Shown piece after piece: positions 49,233 through 58,415 of a DNA stretch of 64,000 nt (position 1 is its first letter; each line of letters begins with the position of its first letter). Made by a program: the position numbers and the translations under genes. The DNA is from an uncultured Chloroflexia bacterium (lineage in GTDB: Bacteria; Chloroflexota; Limnocylindria; Limnocylindrales; CSP1-4). The stretch covers positions 341,133-405,132 of the forward strand of contig CAVQJC010000006.1 in NCBI GenBank assembly GCA_963712745.1. The letters are read 5' to 3'. A model generated the notes under the pieces. That model was given only the letters and a program-made list of their open reading frames with translations. It had not been told where the DNA came from and did no database searches.

Positions 49233-51836
49233 CTACTTGTGGTGGACCGATGCTCCGCCACCCGCGGATGCTCCGGCGGTGGTGTCGTTGGAGCCGCTTA
49301 CCGTGCTGCGGCTCCCCTGGCCGTTGCCCGCCAGTCCCGGCGGCAGCATGGGCAGCAGCTGCTCGCTCGGGATGTCACGGCCGTCGGCCTGAGCCCGGGC
49401 CAGCCAGTCGCGCTCGCGGCGGACGTAGCTGAGCTCGGTGTCGCGATCCATGTCGGCCAGCGCGATGAGGTCGATCTGCGGCTCCGAGCGCGACTCATGG
49501 GCCAGTTCGAAGTCGGGCCCACAGCGCAGCGCGTCGTAGGGGCAGGCATCGACGCAGATGCCGCAGAGGATGCAGCGCGACTCGTCGACCTCGTACTTCT
49601 CCAGCACGCGCGGCTTGGGCATGAGCGCGCCGGTGGGGCACGTCTCGGCGCAGCGGCCACAGGAGACGCAGGGCGTGGTGTTCAGGCTCATGTCCAGCGG
49701 CGTCGTCACCAGCGTGTCGAAGCCGGTGCGCATGAAGTCGTAGCAGGCTGCGCCCACGACCTCACGGCAGACGTTGGCACAGCGGCCGCAGTCGATGCAG
49801 CGCGAGGGCTCGCGCAGGATGAAGGCGTGGCTGTCGTCGCGGATGTAGTCGTGGTTGTAACCCGTGAAGCGGTTCTCGTTCACCGAGCGCACCGACAGGC
49901 CCGTGCGCTTGGGCTGCAGCGTGGAGAGCGTGGTGCCGTACTCGATGCCCTGGCGGCGCAGGTCGCAGTAGCCGATGGCTTCACAGGTGCACTGCAGGCA
50001 GCGCGCCGATTCGGCCATGGCTTCTTCCTGCGTGTAGGGGATCTCGTACTCGATGTAGGAGTCGTTGCGCTCCTCGGCCGGCATGGCCTTGAGCCGGATC
50101 CGAGGCTCCTTGACCTCTCCGGTGTAGGGCACGATGGAGAGGAACTCGGGCTGCGGCTCGGCCAGCGTCTGGCGGGTCCGGATCTCGTCGAGGTCCTGGC
50201 CCTGGAGGTAGGCGTCGATGGCGTAGCTGGCGCGCCGACCCTCGGCGATGGCCTCCACCACGGTGGCCGCGCCGGTGCGCACGTCGCCGGCCCCGAACAC
50301 ACCCTTGCGCCCGGTGCCGAAGGTGACCGCGTCAGCGTCCAGCCGCCAGCGCTTGGTCTTCTCGACGCCGTCCGCTCCGTTTTCAAGCCAGCCCATCTCC
50401 GGGCCCTGGCCGATGGCCAGCAGCACCCGGTCGCAGTCGATGATGAACTCGGTGCCCTCCACCGGCTGTGGCCGGCGGCGGCCCGAGGCGTCCGGCTCAC
50501 CCAGCGCCATGCGCTGGAACTCCACACCGGTGACCTTGTTGTCCTCCCCGGTGACGATGCGAGTCGGTGACGCCTGGAAGATGGCGCGGGCGCCCTCCTC
50601 GAGCATCTCGTGGACCTCGTCGGCCGCAGGCATGTCCTTCATGTCGCGGCGGTAGACCAGCGTGGTCTCGGTGCAGCCCTGCCGCACCGACGTGCGCGAG
50701 CAGTCCATGGAGCTGAAGCCGCCACCGATGACCACCACGCGCGTGCCCTTGTGGCCGGGGTAGGGCAGACCCAGCGTGGCCACGCGCAGGTACTCGAGCG
50801 CATCGATGACGCCGTCCGCGTCCTCGCCGGGGATGCCCAGCTTGTTCGTGTCGTAGCAGCCGATGGCCACGAGGACCGCGTCGAAGCCTTCGTTCTGGAG
50901 ATCGTCGATGGTGAAGTCCACGCCCAGCTCCGCACCGCTGACGAGCCTGGCGCCGAGGCTCCACACCGCCTCGTACTCGGCTTCGAGCACCTCTGCCTTG
51001 GGCAGGCGGTACTGGGGGATGCCGTAGCGGAGCATGCCGCCCGGCTCAGGGTCGCGTTCGTAGACGGTCACGGCGTGGCCGTTGAGCGAGAGGTAGTAGG
51101 CCGCCGACATGCCGGCCGGGCCGGAGCCGATGACGGCCACGCGCTTGCCGGTAGCGGGCTGCTGGTCGAAGGGCAGCGGCGGCTTGGCGCCGGCCGCCTG
51201 GGCCTTGAGCACCTGGTCGCCTGCGTAGCGGTGGCTGTCGCGGATGGCGATGGCCTCCTCCACCTCGTCACGGCGGCAGTGCTCCTCGCAGGGTGCTGGG
51301 CAGACTCGGCCGAGCACTGACGGGAACGGGATGGTGCGCTTGAACACGCGCGCCGACTCCACGAAGTCGCCCTCGGTGTTGGCCTTGAGGAAGCCCGGGA
51401 TGTCGATGTGGCTGGGGCACTTGTTCTGGCAGGGCGGCAGGCAGTAGGCGTTGTGGTCCGAGAAGATGAGCTCGAGGTTCGTCTTGCGGATCTCCCGCAG
51501 CCGCGGCGTTTGCGTACGCACGACCATGCCCTCTTCCGCCTCGCGCGAGCAGGAGATGGGTGGTGCGTCCTCGCCCTCGACCTCGACCACGCACATGCGG
51601 CAGGCACCGAAGCCGGGCAGCTTGGGCTCGTAGCAGAGGGTGGGCACCTCGATGCCCTGGTCGCGGCAGACGTCGAGGATGGTCTGGCCGGCGCGGCCGG
51701 TGTACTGCTTCCCGTCGATCTCGATAGTGAACTCGGGCGCAGCCAGACGGCGCTGTGGCGACTGGGTCGCGAGCAGGCGCTCGGTGGCTTCGTCGACGGC
51801 GGGCTGGCTGCTGGTCTGGGGCAGGGTGTCGGTCAT
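49233..51836 (-). CDS. Fusion: NuoG-like 2Fe-2S N-domain + GltD/NfnB-like FAD/NAD(P)H domain + 2[4Fe-4S] ferredoxin + C-terminal half of NuoI
   Basis: PTLC..GACRMC..ISC; PPCQNKCP, GRVCPAPCEEHC, IGSGPAG, GGMLRYGIP, IGGGFSSMD, VYRR; CIDCGRCANVC, CVSCGRCAETCP; KYEVDESRCILCGICVDACPYDAL..PDFELA. Confidence 0.9.
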   Translation of the reverse strand: MTDTLPQTSSQPAVDEATERLLATQSPQRRLAAPEFTIEIDGKQYTGRAGQTILDVCRDQGIEVPTLCYEPKLPGFGACRMCVVEVEGEDAPPISCSREAEEGMVVRTQTPRLREIRKTNLELIFSDHNAYCLPPCQNKCPSHIDIPGFLKANTEGDFVESARVFKRTIPFPSVLGRVCPAPCEEHCRRDEVEEAIAIRDSHRYAGDQVLKAQAAGAKPPLPFDQQPATGKRVAVIGSGPAGMSAAYYLSLNGHAVTVYERDPEPGGMLRYGIPQYRLPKAEVLEAEYEAVWSLGARLVSGAELGVDFTIDDLQNEGFDAVLVAIGCYDTNKLGIPGEDADGVIDALEYLRVATLGLPYPGHKGTRVVVIGGGFSSMDCSRTSVRQGCTETTLVYRRDMKDMPAADEVHEMLEEGARAIFQASPTRIVTGEDNKVTGVEFQRMALGEPDASGRRRPQPVEGTEFIIDCDRVLLAIGQGPEMGWLENGADGVEKTKRWRLDADAVTFGTGRKGVFGAGDVRTGAATVVEAIAEGRRASYAIDAYLQGQDLDEIRTRQTLAEPQPEFLSIVPYTGEVKEPRIRLKAMPAEERNDSYIEYEIPYTQEEAMAESARCLQCTCEAIGYCDLRRQGIEYGTTLSTLQPKRTGLSVRSVNENRFTGYNHDYIRDDSHAFILREPSRCIDCGRCANVCREVVGAACYDFMRTGFDTLVTTPLDMSLNTTPCVSCGRCAETCPTGALMPKPRVLEKYEVDESRCILCGICVDACPYDALRCGPDFELAHESRSEPQIDLIALADMDRDTELSYVRRERDWLARAQADGRDIPSEQLLPMLPPGLAGNGQGSRSTVSGSNDTTAGASAGGGASVHHK

Positions 51837-53155
51837 GAGCGCACGGCACCTGCTAGTCGGATGGGTTGGCAGACCCCGGCAGGGCATTCACCCCGCTCGG
51901 TGTGGGCTTCGAACTCAGGCGCGAAGTATCGCATTCCCGACAGCAGCGGGTTCGAGGCGTCGGCCTCCAGGCCGCACAGCGCCGCGTCGCGGATGTCCGC
52001 CGCGAGGTCCCCCAGCAGCTGCGAGTCGCCGGGGCGCACGTGCCCGCTGCAGTAGGCGTTGCCCAGCTCGGCCAGGCGGCGCGTACCGATGCGGCAGGGG
52101 ATGGTCTTGCCGCAGGCGTTGTCGTTGAGGTATCGCGCCATGAGCGTGGCCACGTCCACCAGGCAGGCCGTCTCGTCGAGTGCCAGCAGCGTGCCTGAGC
52201 CGGCCAGCGCACCGGCCTCCCGCAAGGCGCCGAAGGTCAGGGGCGTGTCGAGCGCGTCGGGTGGCAGGAAGCCCCCGGTGGGTCCGCCGACCAGCACGGC
52301 TTTCAGCGCACCCTGCGCGGAGCCACCGCCGCCGTCGAGGATCTCACGCACCGTGGCGCCCGTGGGCACTTCCACGATGCCCGGCTTGCGGACCACGCCA
52401 CCGAGCTGCACCAGGGTCGTGCCGGGGGCCTCCGGGTCGCCCAGCGAAGCGTAGGCGCCGGCGCCGTGACTGACGATCCAGGGCACGGCCGCCAGCGTCT
52501 TGACGTTGTTGACGACCGTGGGCTTGCCCCACAGGCCTGCGCGGGATGGATAGGGCGGGCGCTGGTCGGGCTGGGCCCGGCGGTTCTCGAGCGCTCGCAA
52601 CAGCACCGTCTCCTCGCCTACCACGAAGGAGCCGCTGACCTCGCGCACCTCGATCTCGAGGTTGCGCCCGTCCTCGGTGCTGCCCAGGTAGCCGCGCTCA
52701 GAAGCCTCGTCGACGGCCGTGCGCAGGCGCTCGGCGGCGTCGGGCGCCGTGGCCGAGACGGCGATGATGGCCGACTCCGCGCCGACTGCCCAGGCCGCGA
52801 TGGCCGTGCCTTCCACGACCGCGTGCGGGTCACGCTCCATGAGCGTGCGGTCAAGCTGTGCGCCGGGGTCGGCCTCGAAGCCGTTGGCCACCACGTAGCG
52901 CACCGGCTCTGGCTGGGCGGCGCAGTCGCGCCACTTGGCGCCGGCCGGGTAGCCGGCGCCACCCCGGCCCCGCAAGCCAGACTCGCTGATCATGCTGATG
53001 ACCGCGTCGGGGCTGAGCTCGGCGGTGGCCTTGCGGAAGGCCTCCCAGGCCCCGCCCTTCTCGGCCTCGGCGACGTCGGCGACCGCGGAGTCGGCGGCAC
53101 GTGCCAGCAGCACGGATGGCCAGTCGCGCGAGCCGCTCAGGACGGGCAGGCTCAT
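51833..53155 (-). CDS. nuoF: NuoF/HydB-like flavoprotein subunit, divergent
   Basis: SGLRGRGGAGYP, DPHAVVEG, GEET, PTVVNNVKT, VGGPTGG, CGKTIPCRIG, LCGL, CPAGVC. Confidence 0.85.
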   Translation of the reverse strand: MSLPVLSGSRDWPSVLLARAADSAVADVAEAEKGGAWEAFRKATAELSPDAVISMISESGLRGRGGAGYPAGAKWRDCAAQPEPVRYVVANGFEADPGAQLDRTLMERDPHAVVEGTAIAAWAVGAESAIIAVSATAPDAAERLRTAVDEASERGYLGSTEDGRNLEIEVREVSGSFVVGEETVLLRALENRRAQPDQRPPYPSRAGLWGKPTVVNNVKTLAAVPWIVSHGAGAYASLGDPEAPGTTLVQLGGVVRKPGIVEVPTGATVREILDGGGGSAQGALKAVLVGGPTGGFLPPDALDTPLTFGALREAGALAGSGTLLALDETACLVDVATLMARYLNDNACGKTIPCRIGTRRLAELGNAYCSGHVRPGDSQLLGDLAADIRDAALCGLEADASNPLLSGMRYFAPEFEAHTERGECPAGVCQPIRLAGAVRS

Positions 53156-53991
53156 GCCGCCTCCCCCTGGGGCACGCTCGCACGCAGCGCAGCGGCGATG
53201 GTGGCCGCGTCCTCCGCGCTCGACTTGGGCAGGGGCTCGCCGTCGACCTCGACGTAGGCACTGCCGGACGAGGTGCCACCGCACTCGGTGGTGTCGAGGC
53301 GGACCGCCCCGTCAGGGCTGACGCCGCCGATGTCAGTGCCGAGGTGCTCGCGGAACGCGGCCAGGACGCGCCCGCCACCCAGCAGCGTGCACTGCGTGCA
53401 GCGGCAGACACGCACGATGTGGCCGACCGGCGGCTCGAAGTGCAGGTGCGGGTAGGACGTGGCCACGCCGTAGAGCTCGCTGTAGTTGGCCCCCGTCTGG
53501 TGGGCGATATGCTGCAGCGCCGCCACCGGCAGGTGCCCGTACGCACCCTGGGTCTGCTCCAGGATGGCCAGCGCCCGCCTGGGCTTGTAGCCCTCCGCTG
53601 CGAGGATCTCGTCGAGCGGGCCGAGGTCGATGGGCTCGAACGGATCGAACATGCGGTCGGGCACGCTGCGGCCGGAACGCCGCAAGGCCGACTCTTCTCG
53701 CCGCTCGGCGTACTGCTCCGCGGCGCCCCAATGGACGTGGTAGCGGTCGCGTGTGTCGACACCGCCCATGTCGATGCATTCGATGGGGCAGGCCTGGGCG
53801 CACTGGAAACAGGTCTCGCACTTGAGCGTGCCGGCCTCGTCGTAGAGCAGGATGAGCCGGCCCCGGTGACGCGGAGAGATGTCGTTGACGACCTCGGGGT
53901 AGCGCACCGTGAGGTTGGGGCGGAAGACCTGCCGGACGGCGAAGACGATGCCCTTGACGATGGCCAGGCCGGGGATCCGCTCGGTCCTCAC
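53152..53991 (-). CDS. Fusion: N-terminal half of NuoI + NuoE-like domain
   Basis: TVRYPE...PRHRGR...KCETCFQCAQACPIECI (NuoI-N), then LEQTQGAYGHLP, YGVATSY, VRVCRCTQC, ECGG (NuoE); GTG overlaps the nuoH stop. Confidence 0.88.
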   Translation of the reverse strand: MRTERIPGLAIVKGIVFAVRQVFRPNLTVRYPEVVNDISPRHRGRLILLYDEAGTLKCETCFQCAQACPIECIDMGGVDTRDRYHVHWGAAEQYAERREESALRRSGRSVPDRMFDPFEPIDLGPLDEILAAEGYKPRRALAILEQTQGAYGHLPVAALQHIAHQTGANYSELYGVATSYPHLHFEPPVGHIVRVCRCTQCTLLGGGRVLAAFREHLGTDIGGVSPDGAVRLDTTECGGTSSGSAYVEVDGEPLPKSSAEDAATIAAALRASVPQGEAA

Positions 53992-55382
53992 GAGAGATAC
54001 TCCGTGATGATGATGATGGCGCCGGCGGTGACGAAGATGTTCAGCAGGGCGGCCGGCATCAGCCACTTCCAGGCGAAGTTCATCATCTGATCGATCCGTA
54101 CGCGCGGGTATGTCGCGCGCATCAGCACGAACAGCGCGACCAGGGCGAACGACTTGCCGAAGAACCAGAGGATGCCCATGAGGGCCTCGAAGCTGAGCAG
54201 GGCCCAGAGGCTGACCAGCGCGCCTACCAGGAGGTTGGCCAGCAGGAAGCCCACCAGCAGCGACTTGATGACGCCCCACGAGGACTTGACCATCCAGACC
54301 AGGCCTGCCAGTGCCAGCGTCAGGATGGGCGGCACCAGCAGCGGGATGGCGATGAGCCACGGGCCCAGCGAGCCCGGTTCGATGTTGCTCATCTCGACCG
54401 GCGTGTCGATGCCGATGGCACTGAGGAACGGGTCCACGTCGATGATGCCGTGGTAGCCCCCCAGGAAGAGCGTCACCGTCAGCGCCGAGAGGATGAAGAC
54501 GTTGACGTACTCGGCGAAGAAGAAGAAGCCGAAGCGCATGCCGCTGTACTCGGTGGCGAAGCCGGCCACCAGCTCGGAATCGGCCTCGGTGTAGTCGAAG
54601 GGGGTGCGGCCGGCCTCGGCGGTGGCGGCGATGAAGAAGATGATCAGCGCCAGCGGCTGCTGCCAGGCATACCAGTTCCAGATGCCGCCGCCCTGGTTCT
54701 CCACGATCTGGCCCAGGTTGAGGGTGCCGGCCAGTAGGACCACGCCGAAGGTGCCCAGGATGAGCGGCAGCTCGTAGCTGATGACCGCGGCCGCGGCGCG
54801 GATGCCGCCCAGCAGCGAGTACTTGTTGAAGCTGGACCAGCCGGCCATCATCAGGCCCACCACGCCCAGGCCCGAGGCCGCGAAGAAGTAGAGCAGCCCG
54901 AGCTCCATCTGGTAGCCGATCATGCCCGGGGCGAAGGGGATGACCAGCAGCGTCAGGACCGAGGCCAGGAAGGTCACCGCGGGGGCCAGGGTGAAGACCG
55001 GTACGTCCACGCCTCTTGGCGTGTAGTCCTCCTTGGAAAGCACCTTCAGCCCCGCCATCAGCGAGGCCAGCGTGCCCCACGGGCCGGTGCGGTCCGGCCC
55101 CACGCGCAGGTTCATCTGCGCGATGATCTTGAGCTCCATGTAGATGATCACGAACGCCGCGGGGACCGTGAACAGGAGCACGCCGGTGGCAGCCGCGACG
55201 AAGCGCAGGATCTCGATGTTGGCCTCGCCGGTGTCGATGACCCAGTCGGTGACGGTGCTGCCGATGCCGGTCACCCACAGGAGGGTGGCACCCAGCATGG
55301 CCACCAGGATGATGGCTACCAGCGGCAGGATGATCTTGCCCGCGAGCGACAGGCGGTTCCAGGGGTTGCTCGCTGCGGTCAC
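53988..55382 (-). CDS. nuoH: NADH-quinone oxidoreductase subunit H (extended, 464 aa)
   Basis: RVGPDRTGP, NKYSLLGG, ISYE, AEAGRTPFD..EADSELVAG..EYSG, RATYPRVRIDQ. Confidence 0.96.
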   Translation of the reverse strand: MTAASNPWNRLSLAGKIILPLVAIILVAMLGATLLWVTGIGSTVTDWVIDTGEANIEILRFVAAATGVLLFTVPAAFVIIYMELKIIAQMNLRVGPDRTGPWGTLASLMAGLKVLSKEDYTPRGVDVPVFTLAPAVTFLASVLTLLVIPFAPGMIGYQMELGLLYFFAASGLGVVGLMMAGWSSFNKYSLLGGIRAAAAVISYELPLILGTFGVVLLAGTLNLGQIVENQGGGIWNWYAWQQPLALIIFFIAATAEAGRTPFDYTEADSELVAGFATEYSGMRFGFFFFAEYVNVFILSALTVTLFLGGYHGIIDVDPFLSAIGIDTPVEMSNIEPGSLGPWLIAIPLLVPPILTLALAGLVWMVKSSWGVIKSLLVGFLLANLLVGALVSLWALLSFEALMGILWFFGKSFALVALFVLMRATYPRVRIDQMMNFAWKWLMPAALLNIFVTAGAIIIITEYLS

Positions 55383-56603
55383 TTGTCGATCCCGCCCATG
55401 ATGGGATCCAGGCTGGCCATGATGGCCATGAGGTCGGCCAGCACCTGACCCTGCGACAGCGGCGTGACCGCCTGCAGGTTGAAGAACGAGGGGTCGTGGA
55501 TGCGGAAGCGGAAGGGCTGGTCGGAGCCGTCGCTCACGGCATAGGCGGCGTACTGCCCGCGCGGGGACTCGAGCGCCGCGAAGGCCCGGCCCGGCGGGAT
55601 GCGCAGTAGCCGCGGCAGCTTGGCCATGACCGGCCCGTCGGGCATCTGGTGCAGGACCTGGTCGATGATGCGCAGCGACTGCTTGATCTCGTCGATGTGA
55701 AGCAGATAGCGTGCGTAGGAATCGCCATCGGTTCGCACCGGGATGTCGAAGTCCAGCTCCGGATAGACGCTGTAGGGATGGGCCCGACGCACGTCATAGG
55801 GCACGCCCGTGGCCCGCAACGGTGGTCCCGACATGCTCAGGCGCAGGGCCATGTCGCGGTCGACCACGCCCAGTCCCTTGGTCCGGTTGACGAAGATCTC
55901 GTTCTCGTTCATGAGCGTGGCCTGGTCGTTGATGCGGGCGGCGGCGCGGCCCATCCAATCGCCCAGGCGGCTCAGGAATTCGTGGTTGAGGTCACCGTTC
56001 ACGCCGCCGATGCGCATGTAGTTGAAGAGCAGCTTCTGGCCTGTCAGCGCCGCCAGCATCTCCACGATCTCGTCGCGTTCGCCGAAGCCGTAGAGGATGG
56101 GCGTGAGGCCGCCCAGGTCTAGCGCGAGCCAGCCGATGAAGAGGGCGTGACTGGAGATGCGGTTCAGCTCCCAGGCCAGCACGCGGATGTACTCGGCCCG
56201 CCGCGGCACCTCCAGCTCGAGCAGCTTCTCCGCGGTCAGCACCGGCAACGACTCGCTGAACATGGAGGCGGCGTACTCGAGTGGGTCGGTGTTGCTGATG
56301 GCGTGATGCCAGTCGCCGTGCTCGCAGATCTTCTCCACCCCGCGGTGGAGGTAGCCCAGCACCGGATCGAGGTCGACGATCGCTCTCGCCGTCGATCTTG
56401 AGCACGACACGCAGCACGCCGTGCGTAGATGGATGCTGCGGCCCGAGGTTGATGAACATCTCGCCGTCATCGAGCTGGTAGAACTCGGCCTCGCGCTCGG
56501 TGCGCGGGGTCAGCGGCGGGATGGCGTCGTAGATGGTGGCGGGCGTCTGGACCATGACGTCCGGATCGTCCAGCGAGCGGACCTGTTCGCGGTCGGTCGT
56601 CAT
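55379..56603 (-). CDS. nuoD: NADH-quinone oxidoreductase subunit D, apparent frameshift near 56385
   Basis: N part [14 protein letters not shown]; after the shift [17 protein letters not shown]...ESPRG...DPIMGGIDK. Confidence 0.93.
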
Positions 56604-57230
56604 GCTCGCCCATCCCCGCCCTCGAGGGCGTCAGCGCCGCTGTGGCCGGCCGCGAGGCTCAGCAGCTCACCGTCGGCGCCAAGGCGGGCGCCGGCACCGG
56701 GGCTGGTGCGGATGACCGGGTCGCGTCGCACATCGCCGGGCGTGACGGGCCGCTCCATGTGGCGGATGCCCTCGCCCGGTCCGCGGGAGGCGTCGTCGGG
56801 CATGGCGAAATCCTTGCGCAGGGGGAATGCCTGGTAGTCGGGCGGCATGTAGATGCGGCGCAGGTCGCGGTTGCCCTCGAACTCGATGCCGAACATGTCG
56901 TAGGCCTCGCGCTCGGCCCACTCGGCCCCCGGCCACAGATGCGTGATGGAGGGAACGCGCGGGTCATCGCGCGAGAGGCCGTCCGCGATGACGCGCAGCC
57001 AGTCGGACGAAAGCGGGCTCCACAGGTGATAGGCGACCTGCATGGTCAGGCCGGTATCGACGCCGCAGAGGTCGGCCAGCAGCTCGAAGCCGAGGTCCCC
57101 GTCCTCGCGCAGGGTTCGCATGACCTCTGACAGGTCAGCCGGGCGGATCGACCAGCTCGATGGTGTCGCCCATGGCTTCGGCGGGCACCACCAGACGATC
57201 GCCGAGGCGGTCGTCGAGCAGGCGTTGCAT
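56600..57230 (-). CDS. nuoC: NADH-quinone oxidoreductase subunit C, apparent frameshift near 57150
   Basis: [36 protein letters not shown]; the N-terminus MQRLLDD... lies in the adjacent frame. Confidence 0.9.
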
Positions 57231-57258
57231 GCGCGTGTCCGTGGTTCGACTCCTCTGG

Positions 57259-57942
57259 CTAGACGCCCTCGGGCACGGTGGGGCCGACCTTGCGATCCTT
57301 CCACTGGCCACGGCGTTCGAGAACGAGCTGCTGCAGTCTGAGCATGCCGTAGATGAGGCCCTCCGGCCGGGGCGGGCAGCCGGGGACGTAGACGTCGACG
57401 GGCATGATGCGGTCGATGCCCTCGACCGTGGAGTAGGACCGCTTGTAGCGACCACCCGAGCAGGTGCAGTCGCCCATGGCCACGCACCACTTGGGCTCGG
57501 GCATCTGCTCCCACAGCCGGATGAGCGGGCCGGCCATCTTGGTGGTCAGGGTGCCGGCCACGATGAGCACGTCCGCCTGCCGCGGACTGGCGCGGAAGGG
57601 GAACATGTTGAAGCGGTCCATGTCGTTGACCACGGTGGCGGCCGACATCATCTCCATGGCGCAGCAGGCCAGGCCCGACAGCAGCGGCCAGAGGCTGTTG
57701 GCCCGCAGATAGTCGAGCAGCAGGTCGGCGGTGGTGGGCACCACGTCGAGCGCGCCCCAGCGGCCGTTGTCGCCCTTCTCGGCGAACTCAAGCTCCTTGA
57801 GGTGGTCGATGCTCGCGGGCTGGCCGGCGTAGGCCTCCGGGTCGGCCGGAACCCAGGTCGTGTTGGGCAGCACGATCGTGCCGGGCTTGCGCTCGGTCCT
57901 GGTCAGCGCGTCCTGGCCCTCAGCAGGCTTCTTCACTTCCAT
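57259..57942 (-). CDS. nuoB: NADH-quinone oxidoreductase subunit B
   Basis: GLACCAMEM, RASPRQAD, AMGDCTCSGG, VDVYVPGCPPRPE. Confidence 0.97.
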   Translation of the reverse strand: MEVKKPAEGQDALTRTERKPGTIVLPNTTWVPADPEAYAGQPASIDHLKELEFAEKGDNGRWGALDVVPTTADLLLDYLRANSLWPLLSGLACCAMEMMSAATVVNDMDRFNMFPFRASPRQADVLIVAGTLTTKMAGPLIRLWEQMPEPKWCVAMGDCTCSGGRYKRSYSTVEGIDRIMPVDVYVPGCPPRPEGLIYGMLRLQQLVLERRGQWKDRKVGPTVPEGV

Positions 57943-58295
57943 GTCAGCAGGCCCTTCTTGGCCGCGTACAACACCGACAGCTCCATGATGCCCACGAAGA
58001 CGAGCATGCCCACGAACCCGCCCACCAGAACATCGTCGAAGACGAGCGCCCACAGGGCGATGAAGACGACCTCGATGTCGAAGGCCACGAACAGCAGGGC
58101 GTAGAGGTAGAAGGAGAGCCCGAAGCGGCCGCGGGTGTCGCCGTAGGTGTCGATGCCCGACTCGTAGGGCAACCCCTTGTGCTCGTCGCCCTTGTGCCGG
58201 TGAGAGATGAACCAGGCCAGACCGATGGTCAGGAATACGAAGCTGAACCCCGCGATCACGAAGCCGAGCACGTACCAGATCGGAGCGGTCAACAC
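57933..58295 (-). CDS. nuoA: NADH-quinone oxidoreductase subunit A
   Basis: PYESG, FYLYALLFVAFDIE, KKGLLTW. Confidence 0.95.
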   Translation of the reverse strand: MLTAPIWYVLGFVIAGFSFVFLTIGLAWFISHRHKGDEHKGLPYESGIDTYGDTRGRFGLSFYLYALLFVAFDIEVVFIALWALVFDDVLVGGFVGMLVFVGIMELSVLYAAKKGLLTWK

Positions 58296-58415
58296 TTCCC
58301 TCGATCAAGAGCCGTATGGTCAGGCGCCCGCAAACCCGAAGCGGCGCTTCGGAAATGACACGAGCGCGGGTGGATGTTACCGCAGCAAGCCGTTGCTCCA
58401 TGTGACACTGCGGTC

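Noticed and set aside
49233-53991. Reading the cassette as a hydrogenase, formate dehydrogenase or glutamate synthase
   Set aside because: No H-cluster or NiFe motifs, no molybdopterin domain and no GltB large subunit in the window; NuoD has the quinone-type GPQHPSTHG and no Ni-binding CxxC pairs
53152-55278. 708-aa ORF overlapping nuoH; also long N-terminal extensions on the sulfatase (to 61440), purH (to 63269) and nuoB (to 58401) ORFs
   Set aside because: Upstream parts are off-frame read-through across neighbouring genes; real starts were assigned from motifs, RBS and stop/start overlaps
56375-57160. Frameshifts in nuoD (~56385) and nuoC (~57150), considered as operon decay or programmed shifts
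   Set aside because: Each is a single extra base with conserved sequence on both sides, no in-frame stops or decay elsewhere in the operon, and the same error type appears in yidC. Read mapping is still needed.
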